Source: a virus (Duplodnaviria; Heunggongvirae; Uroviricota; Caudoviricetes). Taken from it: a DNA stretch of 64,000 nt. Both the position numbers and the translations under genes were made by a program. Position 1 is the first letter of the stretch. Every line of letters begins with the position of its first letter. This document shows positions 60,761-64,000 of this stretch, one piece after another. The notes under the pieces were generated by a model. That model had not been told where the DNA came from and did not search any database. It saw nothing but the letters and a program-made list of their open reading frames with translations. Location: positions 35,122-99,121 of IMG/VR virus record IMGVR_UViG_3300037419_002054; one strand, written 5' to 3'.

Positions 60761-61305
60761 CCGCCCTCGATGGTCTCCCGCAGGTTCTGCAGCGTGATCG
60801 GGCCGCCGTCCTTGCCCGTGACCTCCGTCTTGTCGATGAAGATCCCGAGGTGCCGGCCCAGCTCGGTCAGGGCGCCCTTCTTGTCATGCAGCTTGAACTT
60901 CAGCGTCGTCTTCTCCATCTCGCCGACGACGATCGTGGTCTGCTCCAGGCCGGCGACGCACGCGGCGTCCTCCTCCGAAAGCTGCTCGCTGTCCCGGAGG
61001 ATGATCCCGTCCGGACCCCAGCGGGCGAAGCTCGTCATCTTGGAGAAGCCCAGCTTCGCCAGCTCCTGCACCACCCGGTCCGCCGTAACCTGCGTACGGG
61101 CGCTGCGGGCCTCCATCGCGGCGGCCACGGCCGCCTTGACCTTCGGGTTCTTCAGCAGCTTGTGTGCCTCGACCCCGGCCACGTTGTTCGTCTTCGCCTT
61201 GTATCCCGCCCGGAGGTACGCCTGAGTGGCGTTCAGGTCGACGAGGTACTCCTCGACGAACCTCCGCTGCTTGGGTGTCAGGTCGTACTGCTCCAAGTCC
61301 AGCAT
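60757..61305 (-). CDS. terminase small subunit-like protein (Terminase_2 family, 182 aa)
   Basis: N-terminus LTPKQRRFVEEYLVDLNATQAYLRAGYKAKTNNVAGVEAHKLL is the hallmark Terminase_2 HTH signature. Confidence 0.65.
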   Translation of the reverse strand: MLDLEQYDLTPKQRRFVEEYLVDLNATQAYLRAGYKAKTNNVAGVEAHKLLKNPKVKAAVAAAMEARSARTQVTADRVVQELAKLGFSKMTSFARWGPDGIILRDSEQLSEEDAACVAGLEQTTIVVGEMEKTTLKFKLHDKKGALTELGRHLGIFIDKTEVTGKDGGPITLQNLRETIEGG

Positions 61306-61411
61306 TGCCAGTCGCTTCGGGGTTGCAAGAGAAGGGGTGGACCGCCCGGCCCACCCCCAAGCTGCACTAACGTACTACCCCGACTGAATCCCGATCAACG
61401 GGTAGTGGCGC

Positions 61412-63787
61412 TCACCCGCACTGGCTGTAGCCGGAGCACATCGGGCACTTCACGCAGCCCTCCTTGTACGTCAGCTCCGAGCTGCACTCCGGGCACGTAC
61501 CGAAGAAGCTCTTCCCCAGCTCCTCCAGGACCGTCCGGGTGATCTCGCCCACGTCCACCTGCACCGAGATCGAGAGCCCGGAAGGGCTCCACGCCTCCAG
61601 CGCCTGGGCGATCGCGTCCGGGAGGCTCGAGACCTTGTTCTCCCCGAAGCCCACGGCGCGGTCCGAGCTGATCCCGCGCAGCTGCATGATGATCTCCCGG
61701 TGCGAGACACCGGAGCGCATCGCGAGGGAGATCAGCCGGCCGAGCGCCTCGCACTCCGCGGCGACGATGCTGCCGGCCTTGCCGACGACGATGAAGACCT
61801 CGAAGGGCTTCCCCTCGTGCTCCGAGATGGTGATGAACGCGTCCCCGACCGGGGTCGTCATCTCCCGCGTGGAGCTCGAGAGGACAGCCGGGCGCGCCCG
61901 CGGCACGGCCGGAGCCGGCTTCTCGTCGGCCTTCTTGTCCTTGTCCGTCTTGCCGGTGCTCAGCACCTGCCCGGAGCGGGAGCCGTCCCGGTACACGGTC
62001 ACGCCCTTGCACTTCGCACGGTACGCCTGCAGGTACACCTCCCGCACGTCCGCCTCGGTGGCCTCCGTGGGGAAATTCGTCGTCTTGCTGATCGCCGAGT
62101 CCGTGTACTTCTGCCACGCGGCCTGCACGGCGACGTGCTCCGCCGGGGTCACGTCGTGGGCGGTACGGAACAGCCGCTGGATCTGCTCCGGCACCTCGTC
62201 GAAGTGGATGTGCCCCTCCTCCTTGATCCTCTCCATCAGCTCGTCGGAGAAGAAGCCCCACGCCTTCGCGATCCGCACGAAGTCCTCGTTCACGTCCGTC
62301 ATGTACGCGCCGGCCTGATTGCGCATGAACGTGACCGCGAAGAGGGGCTCGATCCCGCCGCTGCAGTTGGCGAAGAGGCTGATCGTGCCGGTCGGCGCCA
62401 CCGTGTTCACGTTGCAGTTGCGCAGGCGGCGCTCGGGGCGGATGCGGTTCCCGTCGGCGTCCCGGGCGCACGTGGCGTCCGGACCCCAGATCGAGCGCTC
62501 CCACTCCGGGAAGGTGCCGCGCTTCTCGGCCAGCTCCTCCGAGGCGGCCTTCTCCACCGAGTCGATGTAGGCGGCCAGCTCCTCCGTCACGCGGATCGCC
62601 TCGGCCGAGCCGTACGGGATGCCCAGCCGCACGAGCAGATCCGCGTAGCCCATCACGCCGTTGCCGATCCGGCGGATGCGCTGTGCGAGGTCGGTGATCT
62701 CCGGGAGCGGGTAGCAGTTCGCGTCGATCACGTTGTCGAGGAAGTGCGTGCTCAGACGCAGCACCTGCCGCAGGCGTCCCCACTTGATCCGCGCGTTCCA
62801 GTCCTCGAGGTCATCCGCCTCCAGGTCGACGAAGGCGCCGAGGTTGGCGGAGCCGAGGTTGCAGACGTCGAAGGCGAGGAGCGGTTGCTCGCCGCAGGGG
62901 TTCGTCGCCTCGTAGCTGCCCAGGTGGGGCACGGGGTTGTAGCGGTTGGCCTCGTCGATGAAGAACAGGCCCGGCTCGCCGGTCGCCCAGGCGTTCTTGA
63001 TGATGAGGTCCAGCACCTCGTTCGCGTCCAGCTCGCCGGCCTTCTCGCCGGTGCGGGGGTCGCGCAGCGGGTAGGTGGTCCCCGCCTCCACGGCGCGCAT
63101 GAACTCGTCCGTGACGGCGACGGAGATGTTGAAGTTCGTGTTCTTGCTCGTGTCCGCCTTGCAGGTGATGAAGGCGAGCACGTCGGGGTGGTCGACCCGG
63201 AGGATGCCCATGTTGGCCCCGCGGCGGGTGCCTCCCTGCTTCACCACCTCGGTCGAGGCGTCGTACAGCCCCATGAAGCTGACGGGGCCGGAGGCGACGC
63301 CCATCGTGCTCCGGACGACCGCCCCGGACGGGCGCAGGCGCGAGAAGCTGAACCCGGTGCCGCCGCCGGACTGGTGCACCAGCGCCATGGACTTCAGGGT
63401 GTCGTAGATCCCGGCCTTGTAGCCGTTCCTCCCATCCGACGACAGCGCGTCCTCCACGGGCAGCACGAAGCACGCCGAAAGCTGCCCGAGCGGGCGGCCG
63501 GCGTTCATCAGGGTGGGGGTGTTGGGCTCCCACTCCCCGCGGACCATCATCTCGTAGAAGTCCCGCGCGAGCTGCGTGACCTCCTCCTCCGTCGCGCCGT
63601 ACTTGGCGTCGACCGCGGCGATCGTGTAGGCCACCCGCCAGAACATGTCCTCGGGCTCCTCCGTCACCTTCCCGGCGTCGTCCTTCATCAGGTAACGCTT
63701 CGCGAGCACGATGCGGGCGTTATCCGACAGCAGCGCGGCCGGGAGGTCGTCCGGCCGCGCGGGGAGCGCGGTGTTCACTTCTGCCAT
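61412..63787 (-). CDS. nrdJ: class II (adenosylcobalamin-dependent) ribonucleotide reductase
   Basis: 791 aa with N-terminal ...NARIVLAKRYL..., catalytic-core motifs, and a C-terminal zinc ribbon CPECSSELTYKEGCVKCPMCSGYSQCG typical of NrdJ. Confidence 0.85.
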   Translation of the reverse strand: MAEVNTALPARPDDLPAALLSDNARIVLAKRYLMKDDAGKVTEEPEDMFWRVAYTIAAVDAKYGATEEEVTQLARDFYEMMVRGEWEPNTPTLMNAGRPLGQLSACFVLPVEDALSSDGRNGYKAGIYDTLKSMALVHQSGGGTGFSFSRLRPSGAVVRSTMGVASGPVSFMGLYDASTEVVKQGGTRRGANMGILRVDHPDVLAFITCKADTSKNTNFNISVAVTDEFMRAVEAGTTYPLRDPRTGEKAGELDANEVLDLIIKNAWATGEPGLFFIDEANRYNPVPHLGSYEATNPCGEQPLLAFDVCNLGSANLGAFVDLEADDLEDWNARIKWGRLRQVLRLSTHFLDNVIDANCYPLPEITDLAQRIRRIGNGVMGYADLLVRLGIPYGSAEAIRVTEELAAYIDSVEKAASEELAEKRGTFPEWERSIWGPDATCARDADGNRIRPERRLRNCNVNTVAPTGTISLFANCSGGIEPLFAVTFMRNQAGAYMTDVNEDFVRIAKAWGFFSDELMERIKEEGHIHFDEVPEQIQRLFRTAHDVTPAEHVAVQAAWQKYTDSAISKTTNFPTEATEADVREVYLQAYRAKCKGVTVYRDGSRSGQVLSTGKTDKDKKADEKPAPAVPRARPAVLSSSTREMTTPVGDAFITISEHEGKPFEVFIVVGKAGSIVAAECEALGRLISLAMRSGVSHREIIMQLRGISSDRAVGFGENKVSSLPDAIAQALEAWSPSGLSISVQVDVGEITRTVLEELGKSFFGTCPECSSELTYKEGCVKCPMCSGYSQCG

Positions 63788-63841
63788 GCTTCTCCTCGAA
63801 ATGTTGAACCGAAACGGCTTGCGGCAAAGTCATCCAACTTA

Positions 63842-63867
63842 GAGTAGTGACCCGGAGGCCACTACTC
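63842..63867 (-). terminator. hairpin overlapping stop codon of the partial upstream gene, ahead of nrdJ
   Basis: GAGTAGTG-10nt-CACTACTC, then UAAGUUGGAUGACUUU. Confidence 0.3.
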
Positions 63868-64000
63868 CTGCGGCAGCTCGTACATCCTGCCCTGTGCCTC
63901 ACCCCAGCCGACCTCCGGCTTCTCCCCCGCGGGGGCGTAGGTGATGTGCCAGTAGTTCTCCGGGAGGATCACGTAGTCGCGGAACTTCAGATCCTCCCGC
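63862..64000 (-). CDS. partial CDS (C-terminal 45 aa; gene begins beyond window end), hypothetical
   Basis: Open minus frame ...REDLKFRDYVILPENYWHITYAPAGEKPEVGWGEAQGRMYELPQE then TAG at 63862-63864. Confidence 0.4.
   Translation of the reverse strand, partial: REDLKFRDYVILPENYWHITYAPAGEKPEVGWGEAQGRMYELPQE

Noticed and set aside
63788-63861. Possible NrdR box or cobalamin riboswitch upstream of nrdJ.
   Set aside because: The 74-nt leader is too short for a B12 riboswitch and contains no 16-bp NrdR-type palindrome. Only a hairpin overlapping the upstream stop codon was seen.
1-64000. Integrase, excisionase or attachment site that would define a prophage boundary.
   Set aside because: No tyrosine or serine recombinase motifs were seen in any ORF. 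Gene content is contiguous phage from end to end, so integration status cannot be called from this window.
1-64000. tRNA or rRNA genes.
   Set aside because: Intergenic regions are short (mostly under 100 bp) and are occupied by promoters and GC-rich terminator hairpins. No cloverleaf-compatible 70-90-nt segment with a T-loop GTTCRANYC motif was recognised by eye. A tRNAscan-SE run would be needed for certainty.

Overview
This 64-kb window has about 69% GC and is almost entirely coding. It reads as one contiguous block of a tailed (siphovirus-like, HK97-fold) bacteriophage or prophage genome, transcribed mainly on the minus strand. Coordinates 334-25472 hold the late/virion module: TerL, then portal, MuF-like minor head protein, prohead protease, HK97 major capsid protein, head-tail connector proteins, a phi13/TP901-type major tail protein, and a G/G-T chaperone pair joined by a -1 frameshift at GGGAAAC. 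These are followed by a ~1250-aa tape measure protein and three large distal tail/fibre proteins (304, 807 and 1323 aa). Coordinates 25.5-64 kb form an early/middle region of more than 70 small genes, many encoding Cys-rich zinc-ribbon proteins. Recognisable functions there include a class II ribonucleotide reductase (NrdJ), a TerS-like protein, RNase H, a HAD 5'-nucleotidase, a PD-(D/E)xK nuclease, an SPFH/band-7 protein, an ImmA/IrrE-type HExxH metallopeptidase, a LemA-like protein beside a large Cys-rich membrane protein, a C39-like cysteine peptidase, and a 274-aa HTH protein. The most unusual feature is a family of at least 13 near-identical sigma70-type promoters (TTGAC(G/C/T)-17-TATTAT/TATATT, preceded by GAAAGTG and followed by a conserved leader). 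Ten of these are minus-oriented, and in most of them a 10-13-bp inverted repeat with compensatory (covarying) arm changes overlaps the -35 box, so each small gene is bounded by a fused terminator-promoter module. Three plus-oriented copies lacking the hairpin drive three antisense gene islands. Other notable points are a tandem triplicated paralog family of unknown function, a G14 homopolymer, pervasive ATGA/GTGA/TGATG start-stop overlaps, and strong GC-rich intrinsic terminators after the capsid and tail-tube genes. No integrase, tRNA, rRNA or CRISPR array was recognised. Host is inferred, at low confidence, to be a Thermus/Deinococcus-Thermus-like high-GC bacterium, from the consensus sigma70 promoters and GGAGG ribosome-binding sites. 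All functional calls rest on motif recognition by eye and need HMM/BLAST confirmation.
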